From Acidimicrobiales bacterium (lineage in GTDB: Bacteria > Actinomycetota > Acidimicrobiia > Acidimicrobiales > GCA-2861595), in assembly GCA_035526335.1 (NCBI GenBank), contig DATLCN010000035.1, forward strand, positions 39,824 to 103,823: a stretch of 64,000 nt of DNA, given 5' to 3'. The notes beneath the pieces were generated by a model. The model did not search any database and was not told the DNA's origin. It saw only the letters and a program-made list of their open reading frames with translations. Shown here in pieces: positions 41,753 to 49,919 of this stretch; the first letter of the stretch is position 1; each line of letters begins with the position of its first letter. Made by a program: the position numbers and the translations under genes.

Positions 41753-41914
41753 GATGGCGTCGGTCGAACACACCGATCCGGGACCGCGGATGTCGTCGGC
41801 CGGGCGCCACCGAGCATCCCGCGGAGAGCGGCGGCCGATCGACGCCTGAGTGAGAGGGGTTGATCCCGATGGCGGACGAGACAGCCGAGAGTCAGCCGGC
41901 CCCGGGCTGCCCGT

Positions 41915-42910
41915 CTAGAACTCGATCGAGCTGAACTCGCCCAGCTTGGATAGCTGGTGCTGGGCCCGGATGTGGCGCACGGTGCCCGACTTCGAGCGCA
42001 TGACCAGCGACTCGGTGGTGGCGTGGTCGTGGGCGTAGTGGACACCCTTGAGCATCTCGCCGTCGGTGATGCCGGTGGCGGCGAAGAAGCAGTTGTTGCC
42101 CCGGACGAGGTCGTTGGTCATGAGCACGGCCTCGAGGTCGTCGCCGGCCTCGAGGGCCGCCTGGCGCTGCTCGTCGGTGAGGGGCCACAGCCGGCCCTGC
42201 AGCTCGCCACCCATGCACTTGAGGGCGGCGGCGGCGATGACTCCTTCGGGCGTGCCGCCGATGCCGAACAGTATGTCGGCTCCGGTGTCCGGCCAGGCCG
42301 TGGACATGGCGCCGGCGACGTCACCGTCGGGGATGAGGCGGATGCGGGCGCCGGCGGCGCGGACCTCCTTGATGAGATCGTCGTGGCGGGGACGGTTGAG
42401 GATGACGGTGGTCATGTCCCGCACCTTCTTGCCCAGGGCCTTGGCCGCGGAATTGAGGTTGTCGGTGGCCGACGCGTTCACGTCGACCGAGCCGGCGGCT
42501 TGGGGGCCGACGGCGACCTTCTTCATGTAGAAGCAGGCGCCGGGATCGAACATGGCGCCCCGCTCGGACACGGCCAGCACCGACAGGGCGTTGCCCAGGC
42601 CGAGGGAGGTGAGCGTGGTGCCCTCCACCGGGTCCACGGCGATGTCGACCTCGGGCGGCGTGCCGTTGCCGATGCGCTCGCCGTTGTAGAGCATGGGAGC
42701 CTCGTCCTTCTCGCCCTCGCCGATGACCACCAGGCCGTCCATCGAGACGGTCTGCATCACCACCCGCATGGCGTCGACCGCGGCCCCGTCGGCCTTCTCC
42801 TTCTCGCCTCTCCCCATCCACCGCGCGGCTGCGAGGGCCGCGGCTTCGGTCACCCGCACCAGTTCCATTCCCAGGTTGCGGTCAGGGGCCTGCTTTTCGG
42901 CTGCGCACAT
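41915..42910 (-). CDS. glpX: class II fructose-1,6-bisphosphatase
   Basis: 331 aa with '[33 protein letters not shown]' and '[13 protein letters not shown]'. Confidence 0.95.
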   Translation of the reverse strand: MCAAEKQAPDRNLGMELVRVTEAAALAAARWMGRGEKEKADGAAVDAMRVVMQTVSMDGLVVIGEGEKDEAPMLYNGERIGNGTPPEVDIAVDPVEGTTLTSLGLGNALSVLAVSERGAMFDPGACFYMKKVAVGPQAAGSVDVNASATDNLNSAAKALGKKVRDMTTVILNRPRHDDLIKEVRAAGARIRLIPDGDVAGAMSTAWPDTGADILFGIGGTPEGVIAAAALKCMGGELQGRLWPLTDEQRQAALEAGDDLEAVLMTNDLVRGNNCFFAATGITDGEMLKGVHYAHDHATTESLVMRSKSGTVRHIRAQHQLSKLGEFSSIEF

Positions 42911-42969
42911 GCGGCGAGGCTAGCCGTTTCCGCCACTGGGCCACGGGGGGCGGCAGGTACCGTCCGGGG

Positions 42970-43668
42970 GTGCTGCTGGCCGAGATCGAGATCCGCCACT
43001 CCCGCGCCATAGCACCGACGCGGCGGGTGGCTCTCGGGGAGCTCTACCTGCCGACAGACCCTGCCCCTGGCTTCGGTGGGCTGCTGCTGGCAGGCATCGT
43101 GGGGAGCCTGGCCAACACTCTCGAAGACGAGGTGCGCGACGAGCTGGACCGCCTCTTGTGGGACGTCGAGCACCGCGACCGGGTGGCCCAGCCCCGCCTC
43201 CGCCACCGCTTCCAGGAGGACGTGGTGGGCCTCGACCGCAGCCGCCACAAGCTGGTGGGAGTCGACGGGGACATCACCCTGGAGCTGGACGGGCATGGCG
43301 CGCCCCTGCCGCAGATCCTGGGGGCGCTGTACGCCGCCGGCAAGCTCTCGCTCACCGTCCGCGCCTCGGTGTTCCGCCTCCTGCGCCGGGCCACCCGTTG
43401 GGAGGGCGCGGCCGACGAGCGTCTCGTGCTCTACCTGACCAACGACGAGGCGGCCATGCGGTCGTGGCAGGCGCCGGGCGACGAGCGCTGGGCTCTGGAG
43501 GTGCTCGGCTTCGAGCCGGACGACGAGCCGCCCCGCGGCGAGATCCTGGCCCGGTTCCGGGTGCTGGTTCGGGATGCCCATCCCGACCACGGCGGCGAGT
43601 CCGAAGGCGCCGGCACCCGCATCCACGAGCTGAGCGAGGCCAAGCGCATCCTCCTGGCCGGCGCGTGA
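42970..43668 (+). CDS. protein with a C-terminal J domain and an unrecognised N-terminal domain
   Basis: 232 aa. The C-terminal 'ALEVLGFEPDDEPPRGEILARFRVLVRDAHPDHGG' contains the HPD tripeptide. Confidence 0.75.
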   Translation: MLLAEIEIRHSRAIAPTRRVALGELYLPTDPAPGFGGLLLAGIVGSLANTLEDEVRDELDRLLWDVEHRDRVAQPRLRHRFQEDVVGLDRSRHKLVGVDGDITLELDGHGAPLPQILGALYAAGKLSLTVRASVFRLLRRATRWEGAADERLVLYLTNDEAAMRSWQAPGDERWALEVLGFEPDDEPPRGEILARFRVLVRDAHPDHGGESEGAGTRIHELSEAKRILLAGA

Positions 43669-43741
43669 GCGACGCGGCCGGTCCCGCCGCCGCAGTCCGA
43701 GGCGGGCACACAGCCGGCCTCGGTCCCGGCCAGCTCCCCGA

Positions 43742-44407
43742 GTGGCGGTGCGGCCGATGACCACGGCCCGCTTCGGTCTCCTCCTCACTCCTGGCGCCGG
43801 CGCCGGCCGTGACCAGCCCTCGTTGGTGGCCATAGAGGAGGCGGTGACGCCGCACGGCGTGGCCGTCGAGCGCATGGACTTCCCGTACCGGTTGGCAGGC
43901 CGGCGGGCGCCGGACAAGCCGGCGGTGCTCCTCGCCGCCGTTGTCGAAGGCGCGGCCCGACTGGCTGCTGCCACCGGCCTGCCACCGGAGCGTGCAGCCC
44001 TTGGCGGCCGCTCCATGGGGGGGCGCATCTGCTCCATGGCGGCGGCCGAGGGACTGGCCTGCGCCGGCCTGGTTCTCGTCTCCTATCCGCTGCACCCCGC
44101 GGGCCATTCCCACCCGCCTGAAGGCTTTGTGAGCAAAAATCGTTCTATAGCAACGGTTTCTGCTCACAAAGGTCCGCCCCGCGCGGATCGACCGAGTCGC
44201 GCCGAGCATTTTCCGCGGATCAACGTCCCCTGCCTCTTCGTGTCCGGCACCCGCGACGCCTTCGCCACGCCGGCGGAGCTGGAGAAGGCCACGGCCCTCA
44301 TCCCCGGCGAGGTCACCCACGTGTGGCTGGAGGGTGGCGACCACGGCCTGCGCCGGCGCGACGCCGACGTAGCCGCGGCCGCATCCGACTGGCTGCTCGC
44401 CCTCTGA
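43742..44407 (+). CDS. alpha/beta hydrolase (KANL3/Tex30-like, dienelactone-hydrolase-like fold) carrying an internal insertion
   Basis: 221 aa with 'LLLTPGAGAGRD', 'LGGRSMGGR' and 'CLFVSGTRDAFA...GGDHGL'. Confidence 0.8.
   Translation: MAVRPMTTARFGLLLTPGAGAGRDQPSLVAIEEAVTPHGVAVERMDFPYRLAGRRAPDKPAVLLAAVVEGAARLAAATGLPPERAALGGRSMGGRICSMAAAEGLACAGLVLVSYPLHPAGHSHPPEGFVSKNRSIATVSAHKGPPRADRPSRAEHFPRINVPCLFVSGTRDAFATPAELEKATALIPGEVTHVWLEGGDHGLRRRDADVAAAASDWLLAL
44125..44171. repeat. A/T-rich 47-nt near-perfect palindrome embedded in-frame in the hydrolase gene
   Basis: Perfect 11-bp arms CTTTGTGAGCA / TGCTCACAAAG (44125-44135 / 44161-44171). The 25-nt centre is itself largely self-complementary. 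I count 19 G+C of 47 nt. Confidence 0.9.
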
Positions 44408-44453
44408 ACCCAGGGGTCCGGGAGCAGTGGTTCGGTCGTGGTAGCATCGTGGT

Positions 44454-44687
44454 ATGAGGACTACCATTGACAAGGCTGGGCGGGTGGTCATCCCGCGGGC
44501 TCTTCGGGACGAGGTGGGCCTCCGACCGGGTGAGGTCGAACTGACGCGGGACGGCGCGGGTCTACGGATCGAGCCCGTGGCGGGGGAGGGCCTGGCAGAG
44601 GAGCAGGGCTTGTTGGTAATTGCCGCCGGCGGGCCGGCCATGACCGACCGCGAGGTACAGGCGCTACGCGATGCCGTCCAGCGGTGA
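44454..44687 (+). CDS. vapB: AbrB/MazE/SpoVT-type antitoxin (VapB)
   Basis: 77 aa with 'MRTTIDKAGRVVIPRALRDEVGLRPG'. Confidence 0.87.
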   Translation: MRTTIDKAGRVVIPRALRDEVGLRPGEVELTRDGAGLRIEPVAGEGLAEEQGLLVIAAGGPAMTDREVQALRDAVQR

Positions 44688-45102
44688 ATCCTCCCGGGTG
44701 ACGTTGATCGACACCAGCGTCGCAGTCACCTTGGCGGTCGCCGACCACGAGTCCCACGGCGCCACGATGGACGCCGTCGGCGGCCGGACCATCGGGCTCG
44801 CCGGCCACGCCTGGTTCGAGACCTTCTCGGTTCTCACTCGCCTGCCACCACCGGCACGCCGGCGCCCGAGCGAGGTGGCGAGATTGCTGGCTCACAACTT
44901 TCCGCAGTCGAGGTTCCTGGACGTCAAGGGCCAGCAGGGGGTCACCACCCGGCTGGCGGAGCTGGGCATCGCCGGCGGCTCCGTTTACGACGCCCTCATC
45001 GGCGCGGCCGCTCGCCACCACGGCCTCCCTCTTCTCACCCGTGACCGGCGCGCCGTCGACACCTACCGCACCATGGGCGTCGACTTCGAAGTTCTGCCTT
45101 AG
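44671..45102 (+). CDS. vapC: PIN-domain toxin (VapC family)
   Basis: 'VTLIDTSVAVTL' and 'YDALIGAAARHHGLPLLTRDRRA'. The start is ATG 44671 (overlapping vapB) or GTG 44698. Confidence 0.88.
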   Translation: MPSSGESSRVTLIDTSVAVTLAVADHESHGATMDAVGGRTIGLAGHAWFETFSVLTRLPPPARRRPSEVARLLAHNFPQSRFLDVKGQQGVTTRLAELGIAGGSVYDALIGAAARHHGLPLLTRDRRAVDTYRTMGVDFEVLP

Positions 45103-45208
45103 TGCAGCCCTACGGAACTACGGACACGTTTGTGGCAATGGCTCCCAGCGTGCCGCGACGGCTCCGATGCTGCATCAGCAAACGTGTCCGTATCCACCGG
45201 GCTGCACT
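45101..45208. terminator. long imperfect inverted repeat between convergent vapC and MFS genes (candidate bidirectional terminator or structured RNA)
   Basis: Outer arms AGTGCAGCCC / GGGCTGCACT (45101-45110 / 45199-45208). Inner arms CGGACACGTTTG / CAAACGTGTCCG (45121-45132 / 45179-45190). Both pairs are perfect. The arms touch both stop codons. No clear U-tract. Confidence 0.4.
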
Positions 45209-46965
45209 TAGTGATCTCGTGGATTGAGCTCCGCCGTTGGTCGATGTAATGGAGCATCCTCGGGGTTGAGATCCTCCAGCTCACGGTGGGCTGTCTCGGG
45301 ATAGGCGACGAGGACCAGGACGGCGAGCACGGCCGGTCCGATGGCGAGGACGGCCAGGGCCGGGCCCAGGCTGCCCAACTGGGTCGACAGGTAGCCGGCG
45401 GCCAGCAGTCCGAGAACCCCGCCGCACCGGCCGAGGGTGGTGATGATCCCGTTGGCCTTCCCCCGCATCGCGGTGGGGAAGAGCTCCGGCCCGTAAACGC
45501 CGAGGGCGGGGACAGTGGCGGCGCCGACCACCGACCCAAGCGCCGACCATGCCCACACCGGCCAGCCGTGAGTCGAGTACGAGAAGACCGTCGACCCGAC
45601 ACCGCCTACCACGGCCACCGCGCCCACCAGGCGCCGGCCCCGCTCGGCCAGACGCCCACCCAACACCACCCCGATGGCGCCGGGGATTCCCGTGAGGATG
45701 GTGAACATCGAGATGTCGCCAGCCGAGAAGCCTCGCTCGGTGCGCAGGTACTCATTGCCGAACTGCGAGGCCGGCGCGAAGAAAAGGTTGAGAAGGAAGG
45801 CGGACGCAGCCAACAACCAAAACCGCCCGGCATGACGCCGCTTCGCCGCGGCGATCGGATCCGGACCAAAAGCGGGCGGTGCCGGGCCGGTCTGCGTCGG
45901 GGCCGCGTCCAGGCCAAGAGCGGACGGCGCCGGACGGGGATGGGGCCGGCGCCCCGGCGAGGGGGACGGGGCTGGGGCCCCGTCCGGGTGAAGGGCATAG
46001 GCGCGGAAGCGCCGGCTTTCGGGAAGGCGCCGGGCCACAGATACGACGACGGGGACGCCAACCAGGGCGGCGGCGAAGAGGAAGCGCCACGCATCCAGGC
46101 CGGCATCTGCGAAGCGCAGGAGGAGCACGCACACGCCGGCGCCGAAGCCGGCCGACATGCCGAGCAGCGAGACGGCGTAGGCCCGGGAGCCGGCCGCCAT
46201 CTCCTCGGCGGCGACGATGGCCAGCATGATGGCGGCGGCCGTCACGAACCCGCGGGCCACCACCTGGCTGCCGGCGAGATATGGCAACGAAGGCACCAGA
46301 GCGCCGGTGGCGGTGACCACGCAGCCGAGCCCGGCCGTCCAGAGCAGCACCGAGCGCCGGCCCCGCCGGTCGGCCAGCCACACCAGGCCCACGGCGATGA
46401 CCACGTCCGCTCTCACAGAGGCCAGCGCCACCGACTGGGATCCCTTGTCGGCGCCGAACTCCCGAGCGGCGAAGGTGATGGTCTGGGTCAGGATCGTCCC
46501 GAGGTAGCCCGTGACCATCGACAGCAGGCACAGCGCGGCCAGGGCGACGGCGCCCTCCTGGCTGATCCGCTCGGGCGGGCTCCACCACGGCCACCCTCGC
46601 CGAGGCTCCAAGCCGGCGAGGCGGCGCCGCACCGCCCACCGGAACATCCAGCCGAACCAGGGGATGTCCAGCTCGTACTCCACCGTCTGGCGCACCCGGC
46701 GCCGCCTGTCGCTACCGCCGGCGCCTCCGGTGCCGGCTTGTCGCTCCCCGACACGCTCCACGTCATCGCCAGCGGATCGCCCGGCGGCACCTTCGCAACT
46801 CCCGCCGGCGGATCGCCCAGTTACGCCATCGCCAACGTCGCCCTCATCGGCTGGCGCCCCCAGGATCTCCACGCGCCGGCGGTAGTGCCGGAACGGTCCC
46901 TCCAGCGCGCTGAAGATCCCGTCACCGGCCGCCCGCTCGAGCACCAGCCCGTCGCGGGGCGCCAT
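45208..46965 (-). CDS. MFS transporter with an extra N-terminal cytoplasmic region
   Basis: Twelve predicted TM segments, with 'LADRRGRR' in loop 2-3. The track ORF runs to 47097 and overlaps the M20 gene. ATG 46965 ('MAPRDG...') avoids that overlap. Confidence 0.85.
   Translation of the reverse strand: MAPRDGLVLERAAGDGIFSALEGPFRHYRRRVEILGAPADEGDVGDGVTGRSAGGSCEGAAGRSAGDDVERVGERQAGTGGAGGSDRRRRVRQTVEYELDIPWFGWMFRWAVRRRLAGLEPRRGWPWWSPPERISQEGAVALAALCLLSMVTGYLGTILTQTITFAAREFGADKGSQSVALASVRADVVIAVGLVWLADRRGRRSVLLWTAGLGCVVTATGALVPSLPYLAGSQVVARGFVTAAAIMLAIVAAEEMAAGSRAYAVSLLGMSAGFGAGVCVLLLRFADAGLDAWRFLFAAALVGVPVVVSVARRLPESRRFRAYALHPDGAPAPSPSPGRRPHPRPAPSALGLDAAPTQTGPAPPAFGPDPIAAAKRRHAGRFWLLAASAFLLNLFFAPASQFGNEYLRTERGFSAGDISMFTILTGIPGAIGVVLGGRLAERGRRLVGAVAVVGGVGSTVFSYSTHGWPVWAWSALGSVVGAATVPALGVYGPELFPTAMRGKANGIITTLGRCGGVLGLLAAGYLSTQLGSLGPALAVLAIGPAVLAVLVLVAYPETAHRELEDLNPEDAPLHRPTAELNPRDH
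45919..46000. repeat. copy of the atpA-atpG spacer repeat family inside the MFS coding sequence
   Basis: Aligns by eye with 29367-29447, including the hairpin GGACGGGG-CTGGGG-CCCCGTCC at 45964-45985 and the trailing CATAG. Confidence 0.75.
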
Positions 46966-47015
46966 GATCCGCTCCACAGAGGCGGCGTCGAACGCCCCCT
47001 CCGAGACGGCCTTCG

Positions 47016-48179
47016 TCACAAAGCCGAAGCGGTGAAGGTGGCGAAGAGCTCGGCGTACACGGCGGCGGCGTCGATCAGACGGGTGACCGACACCCATTCA
47101 TCGTTGACGTGCGCCTGGGAGACCTCGCCGGGCCCGCAAACCACGGCGGGGATCCCGGCCTGGTTGCGCACGAAACGGGCGTCGGTGGTGAAGCCCATTC
47201 CGATCACGGGCGCCTCCGCGCCAAGAGTGGCGGCAATGGCCGCCTGGACCTGCCCCACGAAACCGTGTGAGGGGTCGAGCTCGGAGGCCTCGCCGTAGAC
47301 GCTCACCTCCAGCTCGTAGCGGAGGTCGGCGTCGTCGACCGAATCGATGAGCTTCCTCAGGCCGGCCTCGACCTCCGCTTGGTCGACACCGGGCAGCAGC
47401 CGGCGGTCGACGGTGATGGTGCAGCGCTCGGCGACGGTGTTGTGGCCGGAGCCGCCCTCGATGACGCCCACGTTGCATGTCGGTGATCCGAGCAGGGGAT
47501 GGGCCGCCGCCCCGAAGTCGGCGGCGTGGAGAGCCAGGACCACCTTGGCCGCCACCTCGATGGCCGAGACGCCCCGGCGGGGATCGCTGCCGTGGGCCGG
47601 GCGGCCGAAGACGGTGACGTCGGCGACCATCAGGCCGCGCTCGGCCACACAGACGGCCATCCCCGTCGGCTCGGGGACGAGGCACGCGTCGCCGTGCACC
47701 AAGCCCGCCTCCACCAGTGCCCGGGTACCCAGCCCCCCGCCGCGTTCCTCATCGGCCACCAGGTGGAACACCACGTCACATGAGGGCTGGCGCCCCGCCC
47801 GCCGTAGGACATGCAGTGCCTCCACCGCTGAGGCGATCCCTCCTTTCATGTCTGCCATCCCCCGGCCGTAGAGGCGGTCGCCGTCGAGGCGGCCGGCGAA
47901 GGGATCGCAGGTCCACCCGGCCTCGTCCACGGGCACGACGTCGAGGTGGCCGTTGACGATCAGCACCGGCCTGCTTCCGTCCGCCGCTCCGATGGTGGCG
48001 GCCAACGACGTACGGCCGGGCGCCGGCTCCACCTCGTGGAACGAGGGGTCGAACGGCTCCAGCATCCGTCTGGCCACATCGAGAGCCGCCCGCTCGTTGC
48101 CCGGCGGGTTCTGCGTGTCCACCGCCACCAGAGCCCGGGCACACGCCACGAGGGCCTCGGCATCGACGTGACGGCGCAT
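47016..48179 (-). CDS. M20-family metallopeptidase (ArgE/DapE/CPG2-like deacylase)
   Basis: 387 aa with 'LIVNGHLDVVPV', 'GRGMADMKGG' and 'HLVADEERGG'. Confidence 0.9.
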   Translation of the reverse strand: MRRHVDAEALVACARALVAVDTQNPPGNERAALDVARRMLEPFDPSFHEVEPAPGRTSLAATIGAADGSRPVLIVNGHLDVVPVDEAGWTCDPFAGRLDGDRLYGRGMADMKGGIASAVEALHVLRRAGRQPSCDVVFHLVADEERGGGLGTRALVEAGLVHGDACLVPEPTGMAVCVAERGLMVADVTVFGRPAHGSDPRRGVSAIEVAAKVVLALHAADFGAAAHPLLGSPTCNVGVIEGGSGHNTVAERCTITVDRRLLPGVDQAEVEAGLRKLIDSVDDADLRYELEVSVYGEASELDPSHGFVGQVQAAIAATLGAEAPVIGMGFTTDARFVRNQAGIPAVVCGPGEVSQAHVNDEWVSVTRLIDAAAVYAELFATFTASAL

Positions 48180-48202
48180 GGGCTCCCGACGATACTGAGG
48201 GG

Positions 48203-49456
48203 GTGAGCCGATTCGTGGTGCGACCGGGCGCGCCTCTCTCGGGCTCGGTCCGGGTGGGTGGAGCGAAGAACTCGGTCCTCAAGCTGCTGGGGGCCACCCT
48301 GCTGGCCGAGGGGACCCACGTCCTGCACAACGTGCCCCGGATCGCCGACGTCGAGACGATGTGCGACCTGCTCGCCTCCATGGGTGTCGAGGTGGAGCGC
48401 CAGGACGACACGCTGTGGGTCCACCGCCCTGCTGTGATCGTTCCCGAGGCTCCCTACGAGCTGGTGGAGCGGATGCGGGCTTCGATCGTCGTGCTCGGGC
48501 CGCTGCTGGCGCGGGTGGGTAGGGCCCGGGTGTCGCTGCCCGGAGGTGACGACTTCGGCACCCGCCCCGTCGATGACCACCTGACCGGGCTCGAGCGCCT
48601 GGGGGCCACCTTCGAGCTGACCCACGGGGTGATCGACGGCCGCGCCGACCGGCTCCTCGGGAACCGGATCATGCTCGAGGTGCCCAGTCACACCGCCACC
48701 GACACCCTGCTCATGGCCGCCGTGCTGGCCAAGGGGACCACCGTCATCGAGAACGCGGCCCGGGAGCCGGAGGTGGCCGATCTGGCCGCCTTCCTCAACC
48801 GGATGGGGGCGCAGGTGGTGGGCGCCGGCAGCTCCACGATCGTGGTGGAGGGGGTGGAGGAGCTCACGCCGGTCGAGCACGACGTCATCCCCGACCGGGT
48901 GGAGGCGGCGACCTTCCTCGCGGCCCTCGGCGTCGCCGGCGGTGAGATCACCCTTGCCGGCGCCCGTGCCGACCACATGGACATGCTCATCGCCAAACTG
49001 GGCGAGATGGGCATGCGGATCTCGCCCACCAGCGACGGCCTGTGGGCGTCGGCGCCCAGGCGACTCCGTTCGGTGGACGTGTCCACCCTCCCGTACCCGG
49101 GCGTGGCCACCGACTACATGCCGCTGCTGGTGGCCATGCTCGCCGTGGCCGAGGGCGTGGGGATCGTGACCGAGAACCTCTACGGAGCCAACCGCTTCAC
49201 CTACGTGGCGGAGCTGGTGCGGATGGGGGCCGACGTGCGGGTGCAGGGGCACCATGCGGTGGTGCGGGGGGTGGAACGGCTCTCAGCGGCTCCGGTCAAG
49301 GCTCCCGACCTGAGGGCAGGAGCAGCGCTGGTGCTCGCCGCACTGGCCGCAGACGGCGAGACCGTGGTCAGCGACGGCTACCACCTCGAGCGGGGCTACG
49401 AGGGCCTGGCCGAGAAGCTGGCGGCCCTGGGAGCAGACGTCACCCACCACCCCTAG
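48203..49456 (+). CDS. murA: UDP-N-acetylglucosamine 1-carboxyvinyltransferase
   Basis: 417 aa with 'VRVGGAKNSVLKLL', 'LPGGDDFGTRPVD' (Asp replaces the Cys that fosfomycin targets) and 'GYHLERGYE'. Confidence 0.97.
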   Translation: MSRFVVRPGAPLSGSVRVGGAKNSVLKLLGATLLAEGTHVLHNVPRIADVETMCDLLASMGVEVERQDDTLWVHRPAVIVPEAPYELVERMRASIVVLGPLLARVGRARVSLPGGDDFGTRPVDDHLTGLERLGATFELTHGVIDGRADRLLGNRIMLEVPSHTATDTLLMAAVLAKGTTVIENAAREPEVADLAAFLNRMGAQVVGAGSSTIVVEGVEELTPVEHDVIPDRVEAATFLAALGVAGGEITLAGARADHMDMLIAKLGEMGMRISPTSDGLWASAPRRLRSVDVSTLPYPGVATDYMPLLVAMLAVAEGVGIVTENLYGANRFTYVAELVRMGADVRVQGHHAVVRGVERLSAAPVKAPDLRAGAALVLAALAADGETVVSDGYHLERGYEGLAEKLAALGADVTHHP

Positions 49457-49503
49457 AGAAGCGGGGAATCCGAGCCCGCGGGTCCCGGTTGTACCTTGGT
49501 GCC

Positions 49504-49821
49504 ATGCAAGCCGCACTGCTCGAGGCCGTAGAAGCCATCCGTCCAGCCCTCCAGGTCGACGGCGGTGACATGAACGTCCTTCGCCTCGACGAGGAGACCG
49601 GCGTGGTGGACATCGAGCTGGTCGGCGCCTGCGACGGCTGCCCGATGTCGTCCATGACCCTGAAAGCCGGCATCGAGCGCATCCTGAAGGACCGTGTCCC
49701 GGGCCTCAACGAGGTGCGGGCCAAGGGCATCGACTTCGACACGCTGGACGACGATGTCCCGGCGATGGGAACGCCCGTCGCCGTGGACCCCCTGGCCGGG
49801 GGATCCGCCAGCTTCAGCTGA
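49504..49821 (+). CDS. NifU-C-terminal-domain (Nfu-type) Fe-S cluster carrier
   Basis: 'IRPALQVDGGDMNVLRLDEETGVVDIELVGACDGCPMSSMTLK'. Start trimmed to ATG 49504. Confidence 0.88.
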   Translation: MQAALLEAVEAIRPALQVDGGDMNVLRLDEETGVVDIELVGACDGCPMSSMTLKAGIERILKDRVPGLNEVRAKGIDFDTLDDDVPAMGTPVAVDPLAGGSASFS

Positions 49822-49919
49822 AGCTCAGTCGGCGCTCAAGCGGGACCGGGAGAGGCCCACCAAGCCGAGTCCCATAAGCGTCGTGCCGACGAGCTACCCG
49901 CAGCCCCTGGTGCACCGCA

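Noticed and set aside
44125-44171. TTGTGAGC...GCTCACAA arms as a LacI-type operator
   Set aside because: The half-sites resemble lacO, but they are separated by 25 nt rather than abutting. No LacI-family regulator is nearby. I treat it as a palindromic insertion of unknown function.
46772-46818. Duplicated GCGGATCGCCC (36 nt apart) in the MFS N-terminal region as another mobile repeat
   Set aside because: It is a short 11-nt match encoding a duplicated 'GRSAG' in a low-complexity stretch. A local slippage duplication is sufficient to explain it.
45286-47298. 670-aa plus-strand ORF
   Set aside because: It lies antisense to the MFS transporter, whose 12-TM pattern is clear on the minus strand.
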